From assembly GCF_001194135.2 (NCBI RefSeq), contig NC_068995.1, positions 27,208,172 through 27,257,638 on the forward strand: 49,467 nucleotides of DNA, in the 5' to 3' direction. Source of the DNA: Octopus bimaculoides (taxonomy: Eukaryota). The first letter of the stretch is position 1; the number at the start of each line of letters is the position of its first letter. Position numbers and translations under genes: made by a program. A model generated the notes under the pieces. The model worked only from the letters and a program-made list of their open reading frames with translations. It had not been told where the DNA came from and did no database searches. Of the stretch, positions 1 through 12,365 are shown piece after piece.

Positions 1-240
1 AGGAACATAGTTTACAATGAGGTGTTATAATCACAACAGCAAGAAAGTATGTACATGATCACGTTCTTTTACGAAACTTCATTGACTTTCATATATTTAT
101 ATTGATATACATATATATACGTGTGTTTGGGTGCGTGTGTGTATATACATCTCTATATATAAAGATGATGCGTAGTCTAGACGGCGTTTTTAGATTTCAT
201 TATTCTCTTTAACCCGGGCAACGCCTGGTATTTCTGCTAG
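1..240 (+). mobile_element. Helitron 3' end (RepHel C-terminus, subterminal hairpin, CTAG terminus)
   Basis: 1-30 reads RNIVYNEVL*, resembling the NIVY.EVL C-terminus of Helitron PIF1 helicases. Hairpin ccgggc-aac-gcctgg at 214-228 is followed by CTAG (237-240) and then T. Confidence 0.7.
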
Positions 241-384
241 TATATATATATATAGTGGTGATAGGATCGAACAAGAAATAAGTCTATTCAAAAGATGGTA
301 AAAGATGGATGTTTTTGCCAGGTTGAATAGGTTGCCTATGGGGAGCCGTGCGATTATGTTGCATGATCGTTTGTGCATTTTTGC

Positions 385-1560
385 TTGTGATAAAATTTTT
401 GTATGTAGTAGATGTTCAGGAGCAATAAACACTGTAAATGTGAAGAAAACAACTTCTGCCACATTCCAGGGAGAAAAACTAGACGTAGTTGATAGATTCC
501 GCTATCTAGGTGACCAAGTTAGTAGTGGGGGAGGGTGCGCTGAAAGTGTAGCTGCTAGAATAAGAATAGCGTGGGCAAAGTTCAAAGAGCTCTTACCTCT
601 GCTGTTGTCAAGGGGCCTCTCACTCAGAATAAAAGGCAGACTGTATGACGCATGTGTATGAACAGCCATGCTTCATGACAGTGAAACATGGGCCTTGACT
701 GCTGAGGACATGCGTAGGCTCGCAAGGAATGAAGCCAGTATGCTTCAATGTATGTGTAATGTCAGTGTGCATACTAGACAGAGTGTGAGTAGCTTGAGAG
801 AAAAGTTGAACTTACGAAGCATCAGTTGTGGTGTGCAAGAGAGACGATTGCGCTGGTATGTTCATGTAGCGAGAATGGATGAGGATAGCTGTGTGAAAAA
901 GTGCCACGCCCTAGCAGTTGAGGGAACCTGTAGAAGAGGTAGGCCCAGGAAGACCTGGCATGAGGTGGTGAGGCACGACCTTCGAACATTGGGCCTCATC
1001 GAGGCAATGACTTCTGAACAAGACCCCTGGAAATATGCTGTGCGTGAGAAGACCCGGCAAATCAAGTGAGACCTAAATCTAAGGCCTCAGCCAGCNNNNN
1101 NNNNNNNNNNNNNNNNNNNNNNNNNNNNNNNNNNNNNNNNNNNNNNNNNNNNNNNNNNNNNNNNNNNNNNNNNNNNNNNNNNNNNNNNNNNNNNNNNNNN
1201 NNNNNNNNNNNNNNNNNNNNNNNNNNNNNNNNNNNNNNNNNNNNNNNNNNNNNNNNNNNNNNNNNNNNNNNGATCGTTGCCAGTGCCACCGAACTGGCTC
1301 CTGTGCAGGTGGCACGTAAAATACACCATTTTGAGCGTGGCCGTTGCCAGTACCACCTGACTGGCCCTCGTGCGGGTGGCATGTAAAAGCACCCACTACA
1401 CTCTTGGAGTGGTTGGCGTTAGGAAGGGCATCCAACTGTAGAAATTCTGCCAAATCAGATTGGAGTCTGGTGTAGCCATCTGGTTTCACCAGTCCTCAGT
1501 CAAACTGTCCAAGCCATGCTAGCATGGAAAGCGGACGTTAAACGACGATGATGATGATGA
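385..1560 (+). mobile_element. RTE-clade LINE, 5'-truncated (family A): RT C-terminus, 3' UTR and (GAT)n tail
   Basis: ORFs 305..661 and 668..1069 share a frame, split by one TGA: FRYLGDQV..GGGC..ARIRIAW.KF.ELLP.L; LH.SETWA..RRL.RNE; RRLRWY.HV.RM; GRPRKTW. Tail catggaaagcggacgttaaacgacgatgatgatga ends at 1560. Confidence 0.92.
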
Positions 1561-1738
1561 TATATATATATATATATAAATAAATATATATAAAAGAGGT
1601 GAGGACTGAAATCCTTATAATTCATTTACTATATGTATATATATAGATAGATAGATAGATAGATATATCACACTATTTCAGTATTACGTGTCAGAAATGA
1701 AACAACATCTCTATTGTAATGTGAGATACTTTCAGTTT

Positions 1739-1850
1739 AACAAGAGTAAGAGAAGAAAAAATATCATCTTGACTGGGCTGCTGTTCAAAAGTCTAGTCTG
1801 TTGAACAGCAGCCCAGTCAAGATGATATTTTTTCTTCTTTTACTCTTGTT
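1739..1850. repeat. Near-perfect inverted repeat, 50-bp arms with 12-nt spacer
   Basis: 1739-1788 is the reverse complement of 1801-1850 with one mismatch. Spacer is aagtctagtctg. Confidence 0.95.
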
Positions 1851-2499
1851 TTTTGCTCACATCTACAAAATGACTTTCTAAAATGAAATTCCATTATGCA
1901 GCTGAGGAGTACATTTTCATTACACATTTTATGTAGTGTTCTCACTACATGAATAAATGAAGTTTGTACGAAACGTACGTACTGCTATAACCTATTGAAT
2001 TTTTGTTGCTTTTCTTCAAATTTTATTCACCAAATCTCTTGATTTTGTTTTTGGTTTTTACCCTACCAAATTCTGGTGCCTCAAACATTTTAAGTACCAC
2101 ATTTAATCTTTTGATTAAATCTATATTATATATATATATATAGAATAGGCAAGAAATGGAGCAGTAATTAACAGTGAGAAGTTGATCATTGGAATTAAAA
2201 AGTCATAGTTTAATTGTAGTTCAGAACCATTTACAGTTGTTTCTGTTTATAAATTGGAGGTAAATTTGCATTTATCTTTTTCAATCTAACAAACATCGTC
2301 AGAATGATTTACAGGAATATGAATAGGAGAAAAGGAAAAAGCAAAAAGAAAAGGAAAAGTTTGTTAAGTCTTTAGGCTTACATTTTAGTGACTTTTTGGC
2401 TTCCATGTATGTGTACGTTTCTTCAGTTAGTTGAATGGAACAGTAAGTGGGGAAAATGACAAGTTGACCAGTGGTGTTAGTCAAAGGAGATATACTGTT

Positions 2500-3447
2500 A
2501 ATTTCTTAACAGGCACGAAAGTTAGACTAATCTTCCCTAATAAATCTGATCTATGAAAACTAAGTAAATTAATATTAGATAAATATATCCCTACTATAAA
2601 AAATAAAATAACCCTAGAATTATGGTCAAATACCTATGATGCCCTAAACTGGTTCTCCATGATGCAGAATAAAAATAATTATAAGTTCCTACAGATAGAC
2701 ATAGAGAACTACTACTCATCAGTTAACCCTACAATTCTAAATAGCACTCTTATTTTTGCCAAAAGAACATGCTGAACTGACAATGAATGAAATCAAGGTA
2801 ATAATAGAAGCTAGGAAATCCATAGTATAATCCGATAACAAATTATGGGTAAGAAAGGATACTCCCAATTACTTCAACATCACTATAGGAACCTCTGATT
2901 CAGCTCAGATATCCGACTTAGTAGGCATTTACTTACCACATTTACAAGAAGAATTTCCAGAGATCAGGAGAGGCCTCTACAGAGAGGATGCATTATTTAT
3001 CCTTAAAAGCACCTCAATAAGATTTTATCTATGTGGCTGCAGAGATAAAAATACTTATGAATTCTTAAATGTAAAACTAAAAACGTAATCTACCAATGTG
3101 ACATACTCTCAAATAATTAAAAGAAAACTTATACTGGAGCAAGAAAAAATGAAATGAAACTTAGATACAATTCCCATCGCTCAAGTTTCAGAAATAGAAG
3201 TAAACCAAACTCTACGGGACTAAGTAGTTACATCTGGGAACTGAAAGACAATAACATTAATTATAGATTAGAAGGCATGTCCTAGCCAAAGCATCTTCAT
3301 ATAACCTTAATAATAATCGCTGTAATTTATGCATAAAAGAGAAATTCATCATTTTAATGGCCAAATCAGAATTACTTAATAAACGAGACAAGAAAAATAG
3401 AACATGTTTGCATAAAGATAAATTCTTATTCTCTAAATACCGCTAAT
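2500..3447 (+). mobile_element. Penelope-like element, decayed and internally deleted (RT plus C-terminal GIY-YIG endonuclease)
   Basis: Manual translation gives VRLIFPNKSDL*KLSKLILD, WSNT..ALNWF, KFLQIDIENYYSSV, FNITIGTSDSAQISDLVGIYL and GLYRED. After a deletion it reads KNVIYQC..KTYTG..KLRYNSHRSSF, STGLSSYIWELK, CNLCIKEK and LLNKR..CLHKDKFL. Confidence 0.85.
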
Positions 3448-4019
3448 ACCCACATTGCAGGTTATTATCTTACCTACCTAACATTTTATTACCTCCCCAA
3501 GCCATCCCACTTACCACAGAGCATAATTTAACATCACATTGCAATTTTAAATTGAAATACCGAGATTAACCAAGCTATCTATTTAAAATCTACGTTGTAC
3601 ACTAGGGCATATAATCCTCGATAATATATTCACTTTAGAGCAAGATAGCCGACTCACTTAACATGTTATATTTTAATTGATTTTTCTCCCCCAAGTCCTC
3701 ATAAATCCACGTTTAATTCATTTATTTCTTTATCTAAAAGTATATTTTTTTGAAGATATATCGATACTTGTACTTTATTTCAATATTCTATCCCACTTTT
3801 ACATCTATTTCTATTATTATACCTCTGTGCTACAAAGTAAGATGCAAAGTAGCACGTTTTTCCTGACGGGATATTATGTTTTAGTTTTAGTTAGACAAGT
3901 ATTCCAATATAACTTTAAATATGTATTCATTGCATACGTATTCTTTTACTAATTTACGATATTGCATCAAGTATTGCCATTTATTTGGATTAGTTACTGT
4001 ATCTCAATATGATACAATA

Positions 4020-4190
4020 TCTAACCTTTCATTCTGCTGCCCTGGTCTGTACCTCATGTCGGGTTTTTGGTCCATCCAGTATTGTGGAGAGGAAGATGTC
4101 TAGTTCCTTTTTGAAGACATCTACTTCCACATTATGCAAATTTCTTAATTTTTATGGCAGAGCATTGAAGAGTTGTGGGCCTTTGAACCT
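4020..4190 (-). mobile_element. CR1/L2-group LINE ORF2 C-terminal fragment
   Basis: Minus strand reads FKGPQLFNALP*KLRNLHNVEVDVFKKELDIFLSTILDGP..RAA, matching the GP.LFN.LP..FK..LD.FL..RAA C-terminal pattern. The exact clade is uncertain. Confidence 0.6.
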
Positions 4191-4263
4191 TAGCCAAATA
4201 TAAACCTCTGTACTTGGCTTTCATTGAATTGGAGAAAGCCCTGGTGCACCAAGGATCAGTCCT

Positions 4264-5137
4264 TAGAGTGTGACAAAGAGACACAAGCAGGTGTCTTGCC
4301 ACAACAGAGGAGGCATTAGAGGAGATGATCTAGTATCAAATGATGAAAGGTTGGAGTGTAACAGAGAAATAGAGAGGCAGAAATAGGTGTCTTGTTATAG
4401 AGGAGGTACATGGTTGCCCAGTGAGAGAGAGAGATACAAGAAAGAGGCCAGAAACAAGTGTGGTGATGTAAAGGAGATACTTGGTTACCTTGTCAGAGGA
4501 AAAACTAGGGAAGAGAAAGAGAGTGTGTAGGAAGCAGCAAAAGTGTAAGAGAGAGCAGAAGGGAGATAGTGTAGTGCTAGGATATACTCACAAGTAACAA
4601 GAATATGAGCGTAGAACTTGGTTAGAAAAATAAAACAAGTGGGGGAGGGGAGTTGCGATTCAGTGAGCAGGGCAGTGAGGGCAAGAAAGGGGATTGGAAA
4701 ACAATCATAATTTATGAAGAAATGTGAGGAACAGAAAGATACAATTAGAAGAGGAGTTGTAGTTTGATTTCTTAGGGTAGAGTGGGTGAAAGTGTGTTGT
4801 TACATGTGAGTAGGACACTACTCTTCTAGCACTCAGTTTCGTGGACAGGCCTTCTCTAGAACCTCATATCGCCAAACATCAGTCCTCACGTCTTCTTCCA
4901 CAGGTACCATCCACTTTCAGCAACAAGCACTTCTGTATACAGCTGTCTTCACTCATACGCATCACTCCAAACCAATGCATTCTCCTCTCCTGCATACCAC
5001 ATTTAATCCCTCTTATGCCTCACTTTTTCTCTCAACACAGTTGTATTTTGTCAGTCATGCACACTGATGTTGCACATCCAACAGAGCATACTACCTTATG
5101 CGAGTTGGCAATGAGTATAGAAAAGAATTCCTGGTAG
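4264..5137 (-). mobile_element. RTE LINE family B fragment (ORF end plus purine-rich 3' UTR), truncated at both ends
   Basis: Collinear with about 26707-27830 of the long minus-strand RTE (gagtgtgaca.agag..., caaaccaatgcattctcctctcctgcataccacatttaatccctcttatgcc). It lacks the terminal (GAT)n tail. Confidence 0.85.
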
Positions 5138-5138
5138 G

Positions 5139-6698
5139 AGCCCTGGTGCACCAAGGGTCAGTCCTCAGCTCCCTCTTGTTCATCATAGTCCTCCAGGCAA
5201 TAACAGAGGAACTCAAGACAGGCTGTCCCTGAGAGCTCTTCTATGCTGATGACCTTGCTGTAATAGCTGAATCACTACCAGAACTAGAAAAGTTTCATTA
5301 TGGAAGCAAGGTCTAGAATCAAAGAGCCTTAAAGTTAACTTGACAAAGACCAAAGTCTTAGTAAGTAGGAAGGTGGATAAATCACAAATCCCTTCACTTA
5401 GATGGCCCTGCTCGATCTGTAGAAAAGGCATAGGTAGAAACTCCATCATATGATGTACCCAGTGTAAGCTATGGACACATAAGAGGTGCAGCAATATCAA
5501 AGGAAGATGGTTTTTGTGTGTGGCAGATGCTTATGTGCAATAAACACCATTGCACAGAAAACTGATTCCATCACATGCCAGGGGGGAAAAAACTAAAAGT
5601 AGTTGATAGCTTCCATTACCTAGGTGACCAAGTCAGTAGCAGGGGTGGATGCTATGAGAGTGTAGCTGCTAGAATAAGAATAGCTTTGGCAGAGTTCAGA
5701 GAGCTCCTACTTCTGCTGGTAACAAAGGGCCTCTTGCTCAAAGAGAAACATTGGCTGTGACTGCTGAGGACATGTATAGGCTTAAAAGAAATGAAGCTAG
5801 TATGCTCTACTGGATGTGTAATGTCAGTGTTCATACACAACAGAGTGTAAGCGTCCTGAGAGAAAAGTTGGATATAATAAGCATCTGTTGTGGTGTGCAA
5901 GAGAGATGACTGTGTTGGTATGGTCATGTGATACATATGGATGAGAATAGTTGTGTGAAGAAGTGTCACACCCTAATACTAGAGGGAACCTGTGGAAGAA
6001 GTAAACCCAAGATGACATGGGATGAGGTTGTGAAGCACGACCTTCGAACATTGGCCTCACAGAAGCAATGACAAGTGACCAAGACCTTTGGAGATATGCT
6101 GTACTTGAGAAGACCCGGCAAGCCAAGTGAGATCATAGTCGTGGCCGATGCCAGTGTAGCATAACTGACCCATTTAAAAGTTCCCTTGAATCATTGGGCA
6201 AAATACCATGCTTGTGAAGACCTGTTGAACCAAATGAAATTGTAGTCATGCCACTGCCACCTGACTGGCACGTAAAAAGCGCCATTCAGCAATGCCTGTG
6301 CCGGTGGCACATAAAAAGTACTATTCGAGCATGGCTGATGCCAGTGCCACCTGACTGGCACCTATGCCAGTGGCATGTAAAAAGCACCATTCAAGCATGG
6401 CCGATGCCAGTGCTGCCTGATTGGTACCCATGCCAGTGACACATAACAAGCACCATTTGAGCGTGGTCAATGCCAGTGCCACTTGACTGGCTCCCGTGCT
6501 GGTGACACATAAAAGCACCTACTTCACTTTTGGATTGGTTGGCATTAGGAAAGGCATCCAGCTGTAGAAACCTTGCCAAACCAGAATAGAGCCTGGTGCA
6601 GTCTCTAGGCTTGCCATTTCTCAGTCAAGCCATCCAATCCATGTCAGCATGGAAAGCAGACATTAAACGAAGATAAGGATGATGATGATGATGATGAT
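5139..6698 (+). mobile_element. RTE LINE family A, 5'-truncated and decayed (a short upstream piece lies at 4191-4263)
   Basis: Reads VHQGSVLS.LLFIIVLQAITEELKTGCP*ELFYADDL, then YLGDQV and ARIRIA. The 3' UTR has GCCAGT/ACTGGC units and a (GAT)n tail. 4191-4236 reads LAKYKPLYLAFIELEKA. Confidence 0.88.
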
Positions 6699-7769
6699 CC
6701 TTGTACATATGTATTTATCTTCTGAATGTATTTAATTATGTGCATCTCTCTATATTTCTGTATATGTCTCTGTGTATCTATATTTGTATATGTATTAAGC
6801 CTAATTGTGTTTATCTGGATTACTATCGCCATATCATTTGAGCACTATTATGAGTTTTATGTGTGTGTGTGTATCTATATGTGCATGTTACATAAAGAAG
6901 AAAGAGAAAATGGAATTCACAAGACTCTTTATTAGACACTATGATCGTTTCAGACCATTGTGTGTTAGTCACTCACAGGTGAGATTCTTCACAACTTGTT
7001 GTGCTGCATCATTCAGTGCAGATATGCCTTATAAGGTGATTTTTCAAAAGGTATCTCGTTCATTAATCTCAGTTTTGTTTAGTTTGATTATAATACGTTT
7101 CATTATTTGCGTGTAGCTGGTTGCGTACAGGGGAGATCATGGTTTAGAATGACTTGGATTGAAGTACATACATATATATGTGTGTGTATATATATGTGCA
7201 TGTATATGTATGTAAGTATCTATCTGCACATCTGTGCATTGATCAATCTATCTTAGAATTATCAATGGTATATATAACCTTAATTTCCATCAGAGTCACT
7301 ATGAAGAGTCTCTACATCAGTTGATCTGTAAATGGTAAATAACTTGAAATTTCTATGAGATATTCTGAAAGGTCTCTCAGTTGACATATCTCTTCTATGA
7401 GTAGTAACAGTATATAACTTAAAATTTCTGTTGGAAATATTATGGAAGGTCTCTCTATTGGTCAGTTTATCTATCTTATTAGCATCTTTGGTGAATAGGT
7501 TTTAAATTTCCTGTCAGGGACAACTTGAACAAGATGTGCAATGCACACATACAATCCCAAATCATCCCCCTTGCCCCTCCCACCCACCTCACTACCACCT
7601 TTATAAAGAAATTATGAGCACATGCATACATGACTATGTGGGTCAACTTATCTCTGTGTGTATGTGTATGGGAAAAAGATACAATTATATGTGTGCACAT
7701 ATTTGTATATAAATGTCCTTAGGTCTATATGTATCTGCATGTCACTTTCTCTGTGCATGTGTGTCAATA

Positions 7770-7874
<105 letters not shown>

Positions 7875-7892
7875 CACACATATATTTATATA

Positions 7893-8400
7893 CTAGCAGT
7901 ATAACCCGATGTTGTCTGGGTGTGACTTATTACGCCATCTACAATAAGTCTTGCTAGGTGAAAATCAACTAAAAAAGAAAGCGTTACAACGAAAAAACCC
8001 TTATGTTCATAATTCTAAAGACGAAATTAATAGGGAACGTCTGAAGGCTGTTTTGCCTAACTTTATTAAGCGTACATAAATTTTATCCGTTTAATTGTCT
8101 ATACAAATGTTTGTGCAAAACAACTTTTTGCACTGCCCTGATTATACATAGCAGGCTAATCCCTTTCCACAGGAGCTAAGATGGCAATTTCTGATGAAGC
8201 AATTACTGGTGATCTGTTGCTACACAGTTCTGCCAGAATTCTATCAGATTGGGCAGTAGATGTTGATGCACCATTTTGCATTATGTTCAAAGTAGCTTCT
8301 GGAATGTGGTGAATTGCTGCAATCTGTTGCTGTCTTTTTAAACCGCTTACATTCTTTCCCCAGCAAACTCTCTTCTTTGGAGGCATAATCTATGTATATA
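7893..8400 (-). mobile_element. Helitron-like derivative (3' terminus at 7893; upstream extent uncertain)
   Basis: Minus strand ends cccagacaacatcggg-ttatactg-CTAG|T, a transition-decayed version of the terminus at 213-241. An internal short ORF MPPKKR (8156-8386) has unknown meaning. Confidence 0.45.
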
Positions 8401-9869
8401 TTAAACAAAACAACAAAAAGTTATAACAGATGGCAGGGTAGGTAGTTTTCACATTTCTAATGAAGTATACTGATTTACAATGTGTTGTCCTGTCTACATA
8501 AGCTCCGTAGTTTGTATATTTACAAAACATTGACGAACATGTAGTAAAGTAAGATCTAGTTATATTGTAGTGAATGCTTGTGTGTTGCGCATGTGTGCGT
8601 TTGAGAGAGCGAGAGAGAAGAGGGAGGGAGGAAGAGAGAGAGGGGGGAGAAAGGAATAGAGAATGGGAGCAATAAAGAGAGAGGAAGGGAGAACAGAAGA
8701 CAGTTATAAAATAGCAATGCGTGCGCATGTTTATATAAGAAACACACACAAACTAAATCTTATATCTATAATGTTGATATGTGTATGTTGTTGTCACAGA
8801 TCACGTATGCGTGGTTGTGTGTGTTTTTACGTGTCTATGTAATGAAAAATATGTAAAAAATACTAAGAGGAGACAAGGACGCTGAACATGCAGACAGACA
8901 ATGTAACAAAAACATGAACGAGTGAAAAGGGGTATTCCTTATTCAGTCTAGTTACAAATTATCATTGCAACTTCGGCAAAAGGAAGCTTAGCGGCCCAGA
9001 TTCCTTGGAAGAATGAACAGTGATGCTGGCATGTGTAGGAAATGAGAAAGTGAAGTGAGGAAAAAAAGATGTGCACTGGCAATGGTCAAAGCAGAGAAAT
9101 GGCGATAAGCCCCAGATGACCAGGTCACGTGGATAGTTAGAGGTAGAGGGATAGAAGAAAGCTATTAAATGGGAGAGAGGAAGAAGAACGAAGTAAGAGT
9201 GAAAAAATAGACAGAAGGAAAGAATAGAAAGGAAAGAATAGAAAGGGAAGAATAGTCTTAAACCAAGTTAATCTATGACTTTGTATGTATCACTTTCTCT
9301 CTGTCTCTCCTTCTTTTACTCTTACTCTCTATATTATATGTTGAGCGCGTGATTGATGTGTAAGAACGCCAGTACAGATAGAATGGAAGAAATATAAAAG
9401 TTGCTAGAAACAAAAGCCAAATCTCCCTAAAATCACACAAAGTAAACAAAATTTTAAAAATCTAATTACTGCATTGGAAAGTTCACATCCAGAAAATTCC
9501 ATTGATGTAAACATTTTGACGAAAAAGTGGAAAATGTGGATTTCTATAAACTTTTAAAAAGGCTACACACAAACACACAACTTCAGCTTTATATATTAAG
9601 ATATTGCCAACATGTACTGTGTACTTTTGGCTACAAAGTATTCTGCCTCCTTCTCAATACTATCTACTCACCCCTTCTACAAGTAGTCACTTATCCACAA
9701 AGGCTTTGTGGGACTGAAGAAAATTGTAACCCAATGCTGAAACCATTATCTGTTTTTGCTAACTTGCACAAGAACCTGCTGCTAATAGGCCAGTGCCAGC
9801 AAAAATCTTTTTTCCAGTTTGTGAAATCACTCCATAAACTTCTCTTTCATACTTCCCAGGTCCACAAGC

Positions 9870-12205
9870 TTACAGCTGCCACAGTCAATGTTAGCACAAT
9901 GAAAGATAGGTCTGATGAGATTGTTGAAATGTTTAAGTGGAGACATATAGGTGTGTGCAAGAGGTATGATGGAGGAGAGTATCTGCTAGATTGTTTGTGG
10001 GCAAGGAACAGATACCAATTCTTCTGGGTGGGTAGTAGTGATGGAGTAGGTGGTGTAGGTGTATGTTTGGCAAAACAATGTGTGGGTAAGGTTATTGAGG
10101 TTGTCAGGGTGTGTGATAGGATTATAAAGCTAACAATTGTCTTGTATAATGTAACAGTGACATTTATCTCTACATATACTCCACACACCAGACTGGCAGA
10201 TGAACAGAAGGATCACTTCTATGAGTGCCTTTGGCAGACTACCATTGTGGCTGATGACTTCAATGGCCATGTTGGGCTGCACTTCAGTAGATTTCATGGT
10301 GTGTATGGATGTTACAGCTTTGTTCTAGGGGTGAGGAAGGGACAAGGCTACTGGAGTTTTGTGATGTAAATGATTTGTTGGTCTGCAATACTAATTTCAG
10401 GTATTCTGAAATCTGGTAGGCACATCAACCAGATTGTCTACATCCTCACTAAAAACAGGGATAAGGAAATGCTTGAAGATGCAAAGTCTTTCCTGGGTGA
10501 ATAATGTACAACTCAGTGTAGGTTCGTAGTTATAGAAAAGAAACTCAAAGATCCCTCAAACAGCCAGAAATTTAGAGATCTTACTGAAGTATTTGAAGAG
10601 GAGGAGGAAGATATAGAGATGTATAACAAAGAGGACAAATGGAAGTTCTTATGAGATAACCTACGAAGAGCAACAGACCAACTCTGTGACTGGAGCAAAG
10701 CTTCTGCCAGACCTAGGATGTCATGCTGGTGGAACTGTGAAGCTGACAGGGCTTTTAAAGAGAAGGAACAGGTTTGGAAAGAGTTGAAAAGTACCATATC
10801 AGGTAGCTAAAAAGGAAGCTAAGCGATAGGTTTATCTAGCAAGAGCAGAAGCAAAAAAGAAAAGGTTTGCCAATATCTAAAAAAGAGATGTTCCAGATTG
10901 CTAGACTGTATCAGAGAGATTCGAGATGTAGTTTAGTCGCCCATATAGTTATTCAGATTATTCAGGAAGGTGTCATCCCCAATGACTGATGTAGCAGTAT
11001 TATAGTCGGCTATTATAAGGGTAAAGGAGATACCTTAGATAGAAGTAATAAAAGAGGTGTCAAACCCCTAGACCACATCATGGAGAGTTGTTGCTCAATT
11101 AATTAGTGACAGAATTAGACAAGACAAGATGCAGTTTGGTTTTGTACCAGGTAGATGAACTACTGATGCTATCTTCCTACTCAAACAATTTCGAGAGAAA
11201 TATCTAGTTAAGCATAAACCATTATACTTGGCATTTGTTGACTTTGAAAAACCTTTCAACAGAGTCTATTGTTCAGTGGTACAGTGGGCTCTGAAGACAC
11301 TAGGGACTGATGAATGGCTTGTGAAAGCAGTACAAGCCATGTACAGAGGTGCTATCAGTAAGTGTTATCAGTACTATCAGTGAGTGTTAGCTATAAGTAG
11401 AGTTAACCAGCACTGTTCTCAATCCCCTCCTGACCATAAGAAAGGAATTTAAGACTGACTATCCCTTTGAACTACTATATACTGATGATCTTGCAGTCAT
11501 AATGAAATCTGTAAGAAATATAGTAAAGAAATTGCAGGTGTGGAAGAAAAACTTAGAATCAAAGGGTCTTGAAGTTTGCTAAGTCCAGAAAACATGCAGG
11601 ACCCTATCTGCTCAGGTAAATGGCCCTGCTCAATATGCAGGAAAAGTGTAAGCTGTAATTCTATATGTTGTGCCCAATGCAAGCTATGAATACGTGAAGT
11701 TCAGTTGACTCACAGAACATTTAACAAAGAAAGTAGTTTTTGTTTGTGAAAGATGCACACATGCTATAAAATTTGTGCTTACATGAGAAACTGATTTCCT
11801 CAAATGCCCCAGAGGTAATAGACAGCTTCTGTTACCAAGACATTCTAATTAGTAGTGGAGGAGGATGTTCCAAAAGTGTACTTGCTAGGATAAAAAAAAG
11901 GGGTAAGATGGAGAAAGTTCAGAGAGGAATTATATCTGTTAGCAACTAAATGTCTCTTTCTCAGAGTGAAAGGCAGATTGCATGTGATGACTACAGAGAA
12001 TGAAACTCGTATTCTCCACCAGATATACAATATTAGTGTGCATATACAACAAAGTGTAAATGTAGAAAGAGGGAAGATTGTGTTGGTTTAGTCATGTGAT
12101 GCATATGAATGAGGACAGTTGCATAAAGATGTGCCAGTCACTTAAAGTAGAAGGAACTTATGGAAGAAGTAGACCCAGGAAGACATGGGATGAAGTATTG
12201 AAATT
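9870..12205 (+). mobile_element. RTE LINE, near full-length but heavily decayed (APE endonuclease plus RT)
   Basis: ATVNVSTMKDRSDEIVEMF, GVGGVGV, VIEVVRVCDRIIKL and ADDFNGHVG (APE). Further on, MQFGFVPGR*TTDAIFLL.Q..EKYL..KPLYLAFVDFEK (RT). It ends near RPRKTWDEV, with many stops and deletions. Confidence 0.88.
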
Positions 12206-12365
12206 GTAAATTTTAAAAAATGTTGTTTTATAAAAAGCTTCCCCCTCTTCATTTCCAAGGCTGCAGTGATACACTGGTATGGGGTATAAAGCTGAATCTT
12301 CTCTAAGTTTAGAGCTTTACAATAAATTCAATAAGTATCCTTGGAGAGCTCTGAGGAAGGGGTGA

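Noticed and set aside
2221-2259. Possible small upstream MTMR exon (ag|TTCAGAACC..TTGGAG|gtaaat)
   Set aside because: Splice dinucleotides only, and no translation resembles myotubularin.
2554-2556. In-frame TGA in the Penelope RT as selenocysteine
   Set aside because: The position corresponds to a Gly-type residue, and the copy has other stops and frameshifts. This is ordinary decay.
6940-6985. Minus-strand ctg-tga-gtgac..gtctgaaacgatc (hammerhead relic) and a tempting cag|gtgag donor
   Set aside because: Core A6 is missing and there is no stem I. As an exon it gives no MTMR-like peptide, and the frame tested ends in the wrong phase for exon 16198.
9527-10369. 280-aa ORF as a host gene
   Set aside because: The distal part is a degenerate RTE APE endonuclease, and the proximal part has no recognisable domain.
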